Positions 16,824-26,386 of a DNA stretch of 64,000 nucleotides are shown here, piece by piece. The stretch lies in the IMG/VR virus record IMGVR_UViG_3300017691_000006, positions 1 to 64,000 of that record. The stretch is one strand, 5' to 3'. The notes under the pieces were generated by a model, which was not told the origin of the DNA, made no database searches, and worked only from the letters and a program-made list of their open reading frames with translations. A program made the position numbers and the translations under genes. How positions within the stretch are numbered: the first letter of the stretch is position 1; each line of letters opens with the position of its first letter. This DNA comes from a virus (taxonomy: Duplodnaviria > Caudoviricetes).

Positions 16824-19800
16824 TCAACCTACCCCGTACCATCCGTAATTCTGCTCGAAGTCGTAAGGGACCTCCTCCCTCACGTCGTCTTGCGTCAGGA
16901 TGTCGTCCTCCGTCATCACCTTGCCGCCGACCACGGACCTGCCCGCAACGGGTATCAGGCCAGTGTCGATAGCTTCATCTAAGTACCTCTGGTATATCTC
17001 CTCGGGCAGTCCGCGACCCTTCATCTCGTCCAGGGTCATCTTTACCACGTTCTTGTCCAGCGTCTCTGCGTAAATCTCTCGGAGAGCCGAGCGACCGGGC
17101 AGCAGGTCGGCGATGTTGGTGAAGAACGCGTCGTGGATGGTGCTCGTGGCTACGCCCACGCGCTTGCCCCACTGGTGGAACTTCTTCACGATCACGGCGT
17201 CGTTGGAGTGGTTACCGTTCACGGCGAAGGCGGTGCGTGCCTTCGTGGGGTCGGCGATGTCGTTGATGGTACCAGCCTTGTTAAGGGTCTGGTCCCACCA
17301 GCTGGCCTCGGACTTCTGCGGGATCATCAGGATGTTGGTGACCCAGTTACCCTCCTTGTCCTTGTAGACCAGTCTCTCCTCGAACGTCTGGGTGAAGTTC
17401 TGCTCGATCACCTTGCCGTCGAAGTTGACCCACGGGGCTCGAGTCCAGCTGCCCGGGACGGCGTTCTTGTCCTTGTACAGCACGTTGACCTCGGTCGCCT
17501 TCGTCAGGTCCTTGAGGGCCGTGATGCCGGTGTACTTCTCCAAGATGTCCGGGGCGTACCCCAGGTCCAGCTTGAAGAGCCGCTTACCCACGGTCCTGGT
17601 CTCGGGAGCCTGGGTGCCGTGCAGCAGCGTGTACAGCCCGGAGTCGGGCTTCCAGTCGTAGAAGTACTTCTCCAGCAGCTGCTCGGTCAGCGGGGTGCGC
17701 GCTGGCAGCCCCAGCATCTTGGACACGGCTGGAGGCAGGGTGTAACCCTTCTTGTAGTCACCTCGCAGGGCGAAGGAGGCCACGGACTTCCAGTCCAGCT
17801 CCGCGTTCGACGGCTTGGCGTTCCCGAGGAACTCGCCGGCCAGTCGCCCGAAGAAGCGGGTGAAGTCCTTGAGGATGGGGACCTGCTCCGCCAGGTGCTC
17901 GCTCATGATCTTGGCGATGCCCTGGAAGTCGGCGGGGGTCACGATCCGCTCGTACTGCTGGCTCAGCTTGTCCACGAGGTCGCGGGTGGCCGGGTCCAGG
18001 AAGTACAGCTGCTCCATGATCTCGTCGCCGGGGTCCTGCCCCTTGTTGAAGATGTCGCGCACGTTGGCACGCAGACCTCGGAGCTTCTCAGCACCGTCCG
18101 CGTCGTAGCGCTCCACCCTGGCGATGCGGGCGTCTATCTCGTTGAGCACCTTCTGCCGGTCGGAGGCGGTGACCACCAGCGTTCCGGAGTCCTTGCCCAG
18201 CACCTTGCCGAGCTTGCCCTCTACGTTGAGGATGCCCGTCTTCTCGCCCGCGCCGTAGAACGTGACCATGTTCTGTGCCTTAGCGGCCTTCTGCAGGTCC
18301 TTGAGCTTGAGGCCCAGCTTCTCGTTCAGCACCTTGAAGCGAGGGTCGTTGTAGGTGGCTGCCGCGATCTCGTCGTACAGGCGTCGCTTCTGCGTCGTCG
18401 GCACCACGTTGGACAGCGAGGCCAGCTGCTTGTTCCTCGTCGTGAGGGCGATGATCTGTGCCCCCGAGGACGAGGCGTCCTGCTCCATGGCTAGCGCGGT
18501 CATGTAGTCGTCCAGCTTGTACAGGTTCGACTTCTCGAAGTTGCCGCGCAGGTGCTTGTTGAGCTTGGCCATCTCGATGGCGAACCGGAAGAACTTGCCC
18601 AGCTCCTCGCCGTCCACCTCGGCCACCACCGGGCTCTCCAGCACGAAGCGGAGGTCCGACGGCTTGGAGGAGATCATGGCCTCGCCTATCTCCACCAGCT
18701 CCGCCCTCCAGGCCTCGGCGATCCGCTGGCGACCCACGAAGGTGAGGCCGTCGTGGCGTCCCTCGAAGTAGTCGCTGAGGCCACCGAGGAAGGAGCCGAT
18801 CTGGTCGGTGAGGGCGTAGTAGCCGTCCACCCCCAGGGGCTTCTCCACCGAGGTGTTGAGGAACGGGCGGAAGCTCTCGCCCGACTGCGGGCTGATGAGG
18901 CCACGGTCGTAGACGCGGGCGCGGTGGTCGATGAACGGGTGGTTGCTGAACGCGACCTCCCTGCCCCTCAGCCACTGCATGGACTTGAACCGCTCGTAGG
19001 CGTCGCCGCGCGACGTGATGTACTTGCGGTAGTGGTTGAGCTCGTCGTACTTCTTCGCGCTACCGCGGTCGTCGCGGAAGTACAGCAGCTTCTCGATGAA
19101 GTCGTAGAAGTCGGGGTCGATCTTGTACTGGGTCTGAGCGGCCCAGTTGAGCGCGTCCGACAGGCTCTTGTCCACGAACTCGACGGGGAAGTCGGAGAAC
19201 GAGGAGGTCGAGGTGATCGGGATGCGGGTGTCGTAGTAGCCCAGCCCCTTCTTCACGAAGTAGGTCTTGTACCCCTCGCGCACCAGCAGCCGGTTGGACT
19301 CGTCGGTGACGGCCACGCGCAGCCCGAGCTCGATCTTGCGGTTGAGCTTGGAGTACTCTAGGATACGCGGGTCCACGACCTTGATGTAGTACGACAGCGT
19401 GTCGTAGTACGGGCCGAAGTAGGCTCCCGAGAGACGAGAGCGCATCCGTCGCTTCTGGACGGCGAACGCGTCGATCTCGAACAGGTGGCCGGCGTTCTTC
19501 TCCAGCAGCTTGAGCCCCAGGTTGTACCACTCCTTCCGCGTGCCGTTCATGTTGGCGGCGTTGAAGAGGTCGCGACCCAGGGAGACGGCGACGCTGTCCC
19601 GGTCGGGGCTGTCTGCCATGCCCAGCCGCTGGGCGAACCGCTGGTAGAACTCGCTGATCTGCTGCTCGGTCAGTCGGCTCCTGATCTTCTTGGGGATGTT
19701 CAGGTCGAGGATGTCACGGAGCTCGTTGGCGAGCTTGGGTGCCATGCTGTCGTCCCAGAGGTTCTTCCTCACGATGTTCGGGATGAAGTCTCGGGCCAGC

Positions 19801-21494
19801 TCGTCCAGCTGCGTCTCGCCCAGCACGGGGTCCACGTAGGCGTCCTTGGTCAGCTTGCGCAGCACGTCCTTGTCCTTGCGCAGCTGCGTCTCGATCGCGT
19901 CCGAGATGTTCATCACGTCGAACTTGATCTGGCTGTTCAGGACCGCCTTGAGGTTGCCCCAGGGCTCGCCGTTCCTGCGGAAGCGACCGATAGTGACGCG
20001 GAGGTTCTCGACCACCACGGCTCGCTCGTTCATGCCCATCTTTAGGGCCAGCGAGTCGTCCAGCTGGTTGATGAACTCCTTGTCCTGCTTGAGCAGGTCC
20101 GTGCTCTCGTCCACGCGCCTGAGGGCGCCCATGTAGACGTCCTGGTTGGGCTGGTAGACGCGCACGTCGTCGTAGCGCTGCGTCAGCGGGTTGTAGCGAC
20201 GCTGGTCCTCGGTCGGAGGGGTCGTCAGCACCCGGTTGCGGGTGTTGCGCTTGTTGTGCAGCAGCGTGCCACGGTAAGAGGTGATGGACAGGTTGCCGTT
20301 CAGGTCGCCCGCCTGCAGGAGGTAGTAGTCCTGGAGCGTCTTCTGCATCCGGTACAGGTCCTCCGGCATGGAGGCTCCCAGCTGCATCGCGTCGAGGCGG
20401 GCCTTGGCGTTGGCGAACTTGCGGGTGTCGCCGGGGATGACGTAGTCGCTGTCGGTGAGCTGCCTGAGCTCCTTGATGCCGAGCGAGTTGCCCTCCGGGT
20501 TCGTGAACTTGTCTACGGTGAGCTCGCCCGAGTTGAGCATGCCCACCTGCTTGTAGTCGCCTAGGTGCCTGAGCTGAACGTCCAGCGGCTGTCGGAGCAG
20601 CCAGTCGTTGTAGCTCTCCCTGAGAGGGGTCTGCCCGTCGTAGAACGCCTTCTGGGCGTCCGTCAGGCCGTTGAGGTTGCGCCGACGCACCTCGCCGAGG
20701 CCCTCCAGCTTGCCGACGTCCTCCCAGCTCTTGAACACCGGGACAGTAGTGCTCCGGCAGTTCCAGTGAGCCGGAGGTAGGTGAGAGACATCACCGACAG
20801 GGTATATCTGACCGTCTCGGTGGGCGCAGATAGGGGTGGTACGGGAGTCGAGCACAGCCACGTACTGGTAGCCATCGATAGCCTTCGCGTTGGCCTCGTA
20901 CACGGCGTGGTCTGCCTGCGCGTGCACCGAGGTGACGGCGGTCACGACCAAGGCCCTGGACTGCAGGCGCGTGATCTTGTTGACGTTGTTGCGGCGCAGG
21001 TCCAGCGCCATCTGCTCTACCGTGTCGCCGCGAGCGATGCCTGCCCGGATGAGCAGGTCGATACGCTTGCGCTCGTTGGCGGAAACGTTCGACCACCCCG
21101 AAGCCAGGGTGGTCTCTCCGTAGAGCGGTCGCTCCAGCACGATCTCCTCCGCCACGCGGCGTACGGGTCGCTGGGTGCGCCATATCTTGCCCATCGTGTT
21201 CTCGACGGACTGGTAGGCGAAGGAGAGCTGGTCGGACACGAGGTCCAGCAGCGAGCGGCGCGACAGGGAGAAAGTCTCCTCGTGCGTGCGCATCAGCTCC
21301 TGGTCCACGGCCTCCCGCAAGCGCAGGAGACCCTTGGTGGAGGTCTCCGCGCCCCGGACCAGCTCGTCCAGCCGCTCCTCGTGGCCGTCAAGCACCAGGC
21401 TCACCTTGCCGTTCACACGCCGCTCGTACAGCCGTACCATGGCCGCGCGGTCGACGATCTTGTCGTAAAGTTGAGTGTTGGCGTTGTCGGCCAT
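16824..21494 (-). CDS. SPP1 gp7/Mu gpF head morphogenesis domain fused to a T7-type single-subunit RNA polymerase (1556 aa)
   Basis: MuF signature YQYVAVLDSRTTPIC...PPAHWNCRS (aa ~205-250). RNAP motifs FIDHRARVY (cf. T7 DWRGRVY), A EQDASSSG, B KAAKAQNMVTFYG, GNHSNDA (cf. FVHSQDG), C TIHDAF. Confidence 0.92.
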   Translation of the reverse strand: MADNANTQLYDKIVDRAAMVRLYERRVNGKVSLVLDGHEERLDELVRGAETSTKGLLRLREAVDQELMRTHEETFSLSRRSLLDLVSDQLSFAYQSVENTMGKIWRTQRPVRRVAEEIVLERPLYGETTLASGWSNVSANERKRIDLLIRAGIARGDTVEQMALDLRRNNVNKITRLQSRALVVTAVTSVHAQADHAVYEANAKAIDGYQYVAVLDSRTTPICAHRDGQIYPVGDVSHLPPAHWNCRSTTVPVFKSWEDVGKLEGLGEVRRRNLNGLTDAQKAFYDGQTPLRESYNDWLLRQPLDVQLRHLGDYKQVGMLNSGELTVDKFTNPEGNSLGIKELRQLTDSDYVIPGDTRKFANAKARLDAMQLGASMPEDLYRMQKTLQDYYLLQAGDLNGNLSITSYRGTLLHNKRNTRNRVLTTPPTEDQRRYNPLTQRYDDVRVYQPNQDVYMGALRRVDESTDLLKQDKEFINQLDDSLALKMGMNERAVVVENLRVTIGRFRRNGEPWGNLKAVLNSQIKFDVMNISDAIETQLRKDKDVLRKLTKDAYVDPVLGETQLDELARDFIPNIVRKNLWDDSMAPKLANELRDILDLNIPKKIRSRLTEQQISEFYQRFAQRLGMADSPDRDSVAVSLGRDLFNAANMNGTRKEWYNLGLKLLEKNAGHLFEIDAFAVQKRRMRSRLSGAYFGPYYDTLSYYIKVVDPRILEYSKLNRKIELGLRVAVTDESNRLLVREGYKTYFVKKGLGYYDTRIPITSTSSFSDFPVEFVDKSLSDALNWAAQTQYKIDPDFYDFIEKLLYFRDDRGSAKKYDELNHYRKYITSRGDAYERFKSMQWLRGREVAFSNHPFIDHRARVYDRGLISPQSGESFRPFLNTSVEKPLGVDGYYALTDQIGSFLGGLSDYFEGRHDGLTFVGRQRIAEAWRAELVEIGEAMISSKPSDLRFVLESPVVAEVDGEELGKFFRFAIEMAKLNKHLRGNFEKSNLYKLDDYMTALAMEQDASSSGAQIIALTTRNKQLASLSNVVPTTQKRRLYDEIAAATYNDPRFKVLNEKLGLKLKDLQKAAKAQNMVTFYGAGEKTGILNVEGKLGKVLGKDSGTLVVTASDRQKVLNEIDARIARVERYDADGAEKLRGLRANVRDIFNKGQDPGDEIMEQLYFLDPATRDLVDKLSQQYERIVTPADFQGIAKIMSEHLAEQVPILKDFTRFFGRLAGEFLGNAKPSNAELDWKSVASFALRGDYKKGYTLPPAVSKMLGLPARTPLTEQLLEKYFYDWKPDSGLYTLLHGTQAPETRTVGKRLFKLDLGYAPDILEKYTGITALKDLTKATEVNVLYKDKNAVPGSWTRAPWVNFDGKVIEQNFTQTFEERLVYKDKEGNWVTNILMIPQKSEASWWDQTLNKAGTINDIADPTKARTAFAVNGNHSNDAVIVKKFHQWGKRVGVATSTIHDAFFTNIADLLPGRSALREIYAETLDKNVVKMTLDEMKGRGLPEEIYQRYLDEAIDTGLIPVAGRSVVGGKVMTEDDILTQDDVREEVPYDFEQNYGWYGVG

Positions 21495-21521
21495 CGTTCT
21501 AGTCGTCCTTGGTTGGGAGCC

Positions 21522-21809
21522 TCACAGCTGCGAGCTCCTGTGTGCGTAGGCCTCCAGACCCCACAGCTTGCGCATGGCGTCGTCCCGAGCGAACTTCTCG
21601 CCCACGGCCTTGTCGAAGTTCTCCACGCTGATGCAGGCGCTCTCGCCCGTCACCGTGAAGCCGTTGCGCGTGGTCAGCACGCAGATGGTGAGCGTCTTGT
21701 ACACGTGGAAGTACGTGTCCACGATCGCGGCCTCGACGTCGGCCAGCGTGATGCGCTTGGCGACGGCGACCGATGCGGCGAGCTCCTCGCCTGCCTGTAA
21801 CGTGCTCAT
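21522..21809 (-). CDS. N4 gp49 / Sf6 gene 66 family protein
   Basis: TLTICVLTTRNGFTVTGESACISVENFDKAVGEKFARDDAMRKLWGLEAY. Confidence 0.8.
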   Translation of the reverse strand: MSTLQAGEELAASVAVAKRITLADVEAAIVDTYFHVYKTLTICVLTTRNGFTVTGESACISVENFDKAVGEKFARDDAMRKLWGLEAYAHRSSQL

Positions 21810-22246
21810 GCCTGCTTGTCCTCCTTAGCTGGCGAATGGAAACCGATCACCCCCTTCCCGTTGTCCGCAGACTTCTTGACTACCGAATAACCGAGCTCGC
21901 GCATGGCGTGCTCAACGATGTGGTCCAGCAAGTAGGCCTCAGCCTCCATACTCGGGTTCTGCTCGCCGATGGTGCGCCAGATGAGCTGCACCGCGTGCAT
22001 GCTCTCGTGAGCGATCACCGCCGCCGGGCAGACGTCCTCGTCCTCGTGCATGTCCTCCGGGAAGGCCAGGAGCACGTAGGTGCCCTCCGGCGTCCCGTAG
22101 AAGACGGTGGTGGCGTAGCTGTCCTCGAGAGGGTTAGCCACGGGTAGGTCGTTCTTCCGCTGGAAGCGCTTGATGGCGGCGGGCGAGTCGGTCACGCCGA
22201 CCAGCACCGGATACATCAGCCCCTTCAGCCAGGCTATCTTGTTCAT
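21806..22246 (-). CDS. HExxH-motif protein (zincin-like)
   Basis: VIAHESMHAV followed by a downstream EAEAY glutamate. Confidence 0.55.
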   Translation of the reverse strand: MNKIAWLKGLMYPVLVGVTDSPAAIKRFQRKNDLPVANPLEDSYATTVFYGTPEGTYVLLAFPEDMHEDEDVCPAAVIAHESMHAVQLIWRTIGEQNPSMEAEAYLLDHIVEHAMRELGYSVVKKSADNGKGVIGFHSPAKEDKQA

Positions 22247-23934
22247 TTCGGTGGTGGCTTCTTGTCCTTAGACTTGTCCCCGCCCTGGAGCTTGGACTTC
22301 ATCTGGGTTGCGAAGTTGTCCTGCTGCTGGTCGTTCTGCTCGCGCAGCCCCACGACCGTCTCGTCCGCGTTGATCTCCTTCTGACCCTCCTCGTCGTTGT
22401 AGTCGGGGGCCAGCATGTCGTTCTGCTTCAGGATGAGCAGCCACGCCGTGCGGGGGATCAAACCGTTCTGGTACCACTCGGTCGCCAGCCTCAGCCAGTC
22501 CGCGCCCTGCGGCACGGGGTTGAAGTCTGAAGACAGCTCGAAGTCGATCTCCGAGGGCTTGAGCTCCAAGTCGTAGTGCCAGTTCACCATGAAGCAGATG
22601 ACCGCCCGCATGGTGTTGGAGACCTTGGTGTTCAGGGCACCCAGCTGTGCCGTCTGCGTCGCGTTCCTCAGCTCCAGCGCCACGCCAGACTGGTCGCCCG
22701 TCTCCGGGGCCAGCATGCGCACGCCTAGCTTCGCGATCTCCTCGTAACCGGCGGCGATCGCCAGCTCCATGTCCTTGAGCGCCTCGGTGGGCGTCTTGAG
22801 GACGTCTGCCGTGTCGCCCTGCTCCAGGTGGAGCCAGGTGCCGAGACCGCCCTCCACGACCTCGTCGAACTTATCGTCGGACATGTTCGAGGAGATGACG
22901 GGCGTGTAGGTCGCCGCGCCGTACATGAGGTGGTTGCGGCGGGAGATCTTGTTGTAGAGCGCGATCTCCTTGTTCACGATCGCCATGAGCATGGGCTCGT
23001 CGCGGTCGATGGAGCCGTTCAGGGGCCAGGCGGGGATGATGTCGATCTCCTCGTCCCTGATCTTGACCGGGACGGTGTCGACCAGCTGGAAGACCGGCTC
23101 TCCGCCGAACTTGACCTGCTTCTGCCCGCCGACGATCTCCACCGAGTCGGTGCTGTCGTCGACCTTGAAGATGCGCACGCGGTACTTGCCCCGCTGGTCC
23201 AGCTCGTGGACCCACACGGTGGGCACGTACTTGGGGTGGAACTCGTGCTTGTCGTTGTCGTAGACCTCGGTGTGGCCCTTGACGATGACGCGGTCCAGCA
23301 CGGTCCTGCCCTTGGCGTCGGTGCGGGTGCGCGTGTTGATGACGCTCTCGCCCGCCACCAGGACGGGGTACGGCCTGGGCTCCTCGCCCTCCTCGTACTC
23401 CTCGTCCTCGCCGACCTTGGGGTAGTCCACGAACAGCCAGGGAGCGGAGGTCTGCACCTCCTCCCACAGGGCGTCGTCCAGGAAGGCTGACAGCGCGCTG
23501 TCGTCCTTGCCGAACTCGTGGATGATCCAGCGGGCGGCGTCCTCCTGCTGCTCCTGCGGCATCGAGTCCGGGAACTTGATCGTGGGCTGCTTGCGCAGGA
23601 GACCGCCGACCAAGGTCTTGGCGAACTGGGAGGTGATGCCGGGCAGCTCAGCCTCGGCCTTGTAGAAGGCGTACTGGTCCTGCCGCATGGAGGGCGAGAA
23701 GGGGATCAGCAGGTTGGTGAAGCCCACCGTGTCCAGGTGAGAGTCGTAGTCCTTGACAAACTGCTCGCCCCTGCACACGGCCCTGCTCTTGCGCCACACG
23801 CCCACCAGGGACGCGTAGGCGGCGGAGGGGTCGGCCACCGTCTTCACCGTCTCGTGGGCGTTCGACGTCACCGCCGTCGCCTGGCGAGGTGCGAAGCCAG
23901 CGCCCTTTAGGCTCTCGTAGGTGGCCTCGTCCAC
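22243..23934 (-). CDS. Portal protein (DUF4055-like)
   Basis: 563 aa; LIPFSPSMRQDQYAFYKAEAELPG near the N-terminus; position in the head module. Confidence 0.85.
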   Translation of the reverse strand: MDEATYESLKGAGFAPRQATAVTSNAHETVKTVADPSAAYASLVGVWRKSRAVCRGEQFVKDYDSHLDTVGFTNLLIPFSPSMRQDQYAFYKAEAELPGITSQFAKTLVGGLLRKQPTIKFPDSMPQEQQEDAARWIIHEFGKDDSALSAFLDDALWEEVQTSAPWLFVDYPKVGEDEEYEEGEEPRPYPVLVAGESVINTRTRTDAKGRTVLDRVIVKGHTEVYDNDKHEFHPKYVPTVWVHELDQRGKYRVRIFKVDDSTDSVEIVGGQKQVKFGGEPVFQLVDTVPVKIRDEEIDIIPAWPLNGSIDRDEPMLMAIVNKEIALYNKISRRNHLMYGAATYTPVISSNMSDDKFDEVVEGGLGTWLHLEQGDTADVLKTPTEALKDMELAIAAGYEEIAKLGVRMLAPETGDQSGVALELRNATQTAQLGALNTKVSNTMRAVICFMVNWHYDLELKPSEIDFELSSDFNPVPQGADWLRLATEWYQNGLIPRTAWLLILKQNDMLAPDYNDEEGQKEINADETVVGLREQNDQQQDNFATQMKSKLQGGDKSKDKKPPPK

Positions 23935-23937
23935 GGG

Positions 23938-24135
23938 TTAGCCCCGGAGGCGCGCGTTGAACTCTGCGCGCGTGCCCTCGAAGGTCTCGCGGGTCGAGTA
24001 GTTGGTACCCACGATCGTGTCGGGGTCGTCCTCGTGCTCGACCAGCGACCAGTCGCTCGGGCAGCGGCCCTTGAACTGCTCCACCGGCGTCTGCTCGGGG
24101 GTAACGGTCTCGGTCTTGTCGAAGATGTCGGCCAT
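23938..24135 (-). CDS. Hypothetical protein (65 aa)
   Basis: Compact ORF in the operon. Confidence 0.55.
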   Translation of the reverse strand: MADIFDKTETVTPEQTPVEQFKGRCPSDWSLVEHEDDPDTIVGTNYSTRETFEGTRAEFNARLRG

Positions 24136-24150
24136 GGTATTCTTTCCTTG

Positions 24151-25389
24151 TTATGCGAAGAGTATCGTACCGACCAGCAGCGAGGCCGTGGCGGGTAGGG
24201 CGGTGTTGTCCAGGTCGGCGGGCAGGGTCGTCACGGCGTAGGTGATGCCCGTGCTGAACGCGAACCCGTACTGGTCGAAGATGTCCGCGAAGTTCACGAA
24301 CCCACCGGCGGGGATGGGCAGCTGGAACAGCGGGACCGTGGTACCGAGGGTGACGCCGCCCGTTGAGGTCGCGTTGAAGAACTTCATGTACAGCGGGGCG
24401 GTGTGCGTGTTGTGGACTATGCCTCCCACGATGCGCCCGATGCTGGACTTGATGTTGTTCAGGTTCGTCGTGCTCGCGACCGTGTTGACCTTGTGGTACT
24501 GGCTGCCGTTGCTGCCCGTGGTCACGCGCGCGTCGGTGACGTTGACGTTCGTGTTGCCGCCGACCACGTTGACGGGAACGCTGGCGGCGCCGGAGGAGTT
24601 GCCTCGGCCACCGCCCACCTCGACCTGCAGCTCCTGCACGTCCATCGACAGGATGCGCTGTACGGTCAGCTGCGCGTTGGTGGTCGCCGCCGTGTTGCGC
24701 ACCCAGATGAAGGGAGCGTAGCGCTTGGCGTGCGAGGGCACCATGCTGTTGATGCGGCCCACGTTGGCCGACCGTGCACCGCCGCTGTTCGCGGGGTTGT
24801 GCGAGTAGACCACGTCCTCGGGCCTGACCTCGATGGCCGACTCGATGTTGCCGTTCGAGCCGTTCTGACCTCCGAAGTTGACCTGGGTGCTGGTGGGGTT
24901 GCCTCCCGACAGCGTCTCCAGGATCGTGTTCGTGGTCGACGTGCCGTTGAGCAGCATCGCGCAGAAGTTGTTCGGGAAGTTCGTCAGGTTCGGGTTGGCG
25001 ACCATGTTGCCCGCCGCGTCCACCTCCAGGTAGCCCATGCGGACCTCCTGGTTGGCGTTCCTCGCAGACAGCGACCAGGTGATGGTCAGGTTCTGCGGGA
25101 TGGTGCAGATGTGCCTGCCGACCAGCAGCATCTCGTTGCCCGAGGCTGTGCCGGTGTTGATCAGCAGGGCGGAGCCGGTCTCCTGGATGGTGACGGAGCC
25201 CACGTTGCGGACCACGTTCCAGTTCTCGGCGATGGCAGCCAGGGTGGCCGCTCCGGCCGCGAGGTTGGGGCCCGAGAAGCCGTCGCTCCACTTGGTCATG
25301 GTCGTGCCGATCTGCGTGACCCGGCTCAGGTCGGGCAGCTGGACGGTGGAGTCGAGAGCCAGCCCGCCCAGGATGTTAACTAGGCTCAT
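24151..25389 (-). CDS. Putative virion fibre / decoration protein (412 aa, Thr/Asn/Gly-rich beta domains)
   Basis: Composition and a C-terminal beta-sandwich-like segment; location in the structural operon. Confidence 0.5.
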   Translation of the reverse strand: MSLVNILGGLALDSTVQLPDLSRVTQIGTTMTKWSDGFSGPNLAAGAATLAAIAENWNVVRNVGSVTIQETGSALLINTGTASGNEMLLVGRHICTIPQNLTITWSLSARNANQEVRMGYLEVDAAGNMVANPNLTNFPNNFCAMLLNGTSTTNTILETLSGGNPTSTQVNFGGQNGSNGNIESAIEVRPEDVVYSHNPANSGGARSANVGRINSMVPSHAKRYAPFIWVRNTAATTNAQLTVQRILSMDVQELQVEVGGGRGNSSGAASVPVNVVGGNTNVNVTDARVTTGSNGSQYHKVNTVASTTNLNNIKSSIGRIVGGIVHNTHTAPLYMKFFNATSTGGVTLGTTVPLFQLPIPAGGFVNFADIFDQYGFAFSTGITYAVTTLPADLDNTALPATASLLVGTILFA

Positions 25390-25390
25390 G

Positions 25391-25597
25391 TCAGTTGCCG
25401 TCCTCTATCCAGATGGTTACCTTGCCCGCCTGCCCGTCCACGTTGGTCTGGATCCACAGGTAGGGCTGCGTCTGCCCGGTGGGCTGCGCGTCGCTGATGA
25501 ACACGTTGTTCAGCAGCTTGAAGTTGGCGTCGAGCTCGCCGAAGGTCAGCGGACCTCCCTTCGTGGCCCGTAGCGTGGGGTACTGTGCTAGTGCCAT
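25391..25597 (-). CDS. Small virion protein with a fibre N-terminal-type motif
   Basis: LRATKGGPLTFGELDANF resembles the anchor motif at the start of many phage fibres. Confidence 0.5.
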   Translation of the reverse strand: MALAQYPTLRATKGGPLTFGELDANFKLLNNVFISDAQPTGQTQPYLWIQTNVDGQAGKVTIWIEDGN

Positions 25598-25600
25598 GCG

Positions 25601-25798
25601 TCAGGTGCTCGCGTAGTTGTTGGGGAGCCAGTAGTTGAAGCCCACGTACAGCGCGTTGTTGGGGGCCGGCCTGTCCCAGAAGCCGTTCTCCGTGTGGTAG
25701 CCGCCCTCCTCCACGTCGGGTGCGACGGTCACCGCCAGCGGCGTGGGGAAGCCGTAGGTCTCCAGCGGCTCGGGCGATCCCTTGGTCTTGATCGCCAC
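25601..25798 (-). CDS. Hypothetical protein (65 aa)
   Basis: Compact ORF in the operon. Confidence 0.5.
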   Translation of the reverse strand: MAIKTKGSPEPLETYGFPTPLAVTVAPDVEEGGYHTENGFWDRPAPNNALYVGFNYWLPNNYAST

Positions 25799-25801
25799 GG
25801 C

Positions 25802-26386
25802 TCAGGTCACGCCGTCGGTGGGCGAGAACTGCAGCTCCACCATGCCTCGCACCGGCTTCCAGGTCTGCTGGTACGCGCCGAGGGTCTCGGAGCAGCGCAG
25901 CTCGAAGAAGCCGTACACGTGGTTGGCGGTGGAGGGCTTCTGCGCCCAGTCGCTCCCCAGCGCCGAGGGGAAGCGTACGTAGATGCGCTGCAGCGTCGTG
26001 GGTCGCCACAGGTTGGGCAGCGAGGTGGGCGGCGTCGTGGACTGGTACTGCGCGCCCTGGTAGAGCTCGTAGTAGCCTCCCTGGTACGCCACCAGGTCTC
26101 CCCTGCTGTAGTTGGTGGTGCCCGACCAGTTGCCCATGTTCGGGGGAACTCGGGTGGTCAGCACGGTGGTCTTGCCCCCAGCCAGCACGTTGCCGGGAGG
26201 GGAGTCCTGGTTGGCCACGTTCTGAGCCTCCACGACCACGGCCCTCAGCGTCAGCTGCGCGGCGTCGTTGTAGAAGTTCAGGTCGACCGGGTACTCGATC
26301 TGCTCGCCCTTGACGAAGGAGAACAGGACCGAGCCGGCGTCCGTGATCGGGTCCAGGCTGGGGTCCGTTATCTTAGCTCGCGCCAT
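25802..26386 (-). CDS. Putative structural protein with CBM5/12-like segment
   Basis: GNWSGTTNYSRGDLVAYQGGYYE matches the W...Y..GD.V.Y.G..Y carbohydrate-binding pattern. Confidence 0.55.
   Translation of the reverse strand: MARAKITDPSLDPITDAGSVLFSFVKGEQIEYPVDLNFYNDAAQLTLRAVVVEAQNVANQDSPPGNVLAGGKTTVLTTRVPPNMGNWSGTTNYSRGDLVAYQGGYYELYQGAQYQSTTPPTSLPNLWRPTTLQRIYVRFPSALGSDWAQKPSTANHVYGFFELRCSETLGAYQQTWKPVRGMVELQFSPTDGVT

Noticed and set aside
16824-21494. N4-type virion RNA polymerase
   Set aside because: Less than half the size of N4 vRNAP (about 3500 aa), the motif wording is closer to T7/mitochondrial-type enzymes, and no N4-like gene context is present
23648-25291. 547-aa minus-strand ORF and similar Arg/Pro/Gly-rich alternative-frame ORFs (e.g. 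18280-18975, 55763-56578, 57851-58579, 61514-62302)
   Set aside because: Off-frame overlaps of real genes with the composition typical of GC-rich non-coding frames
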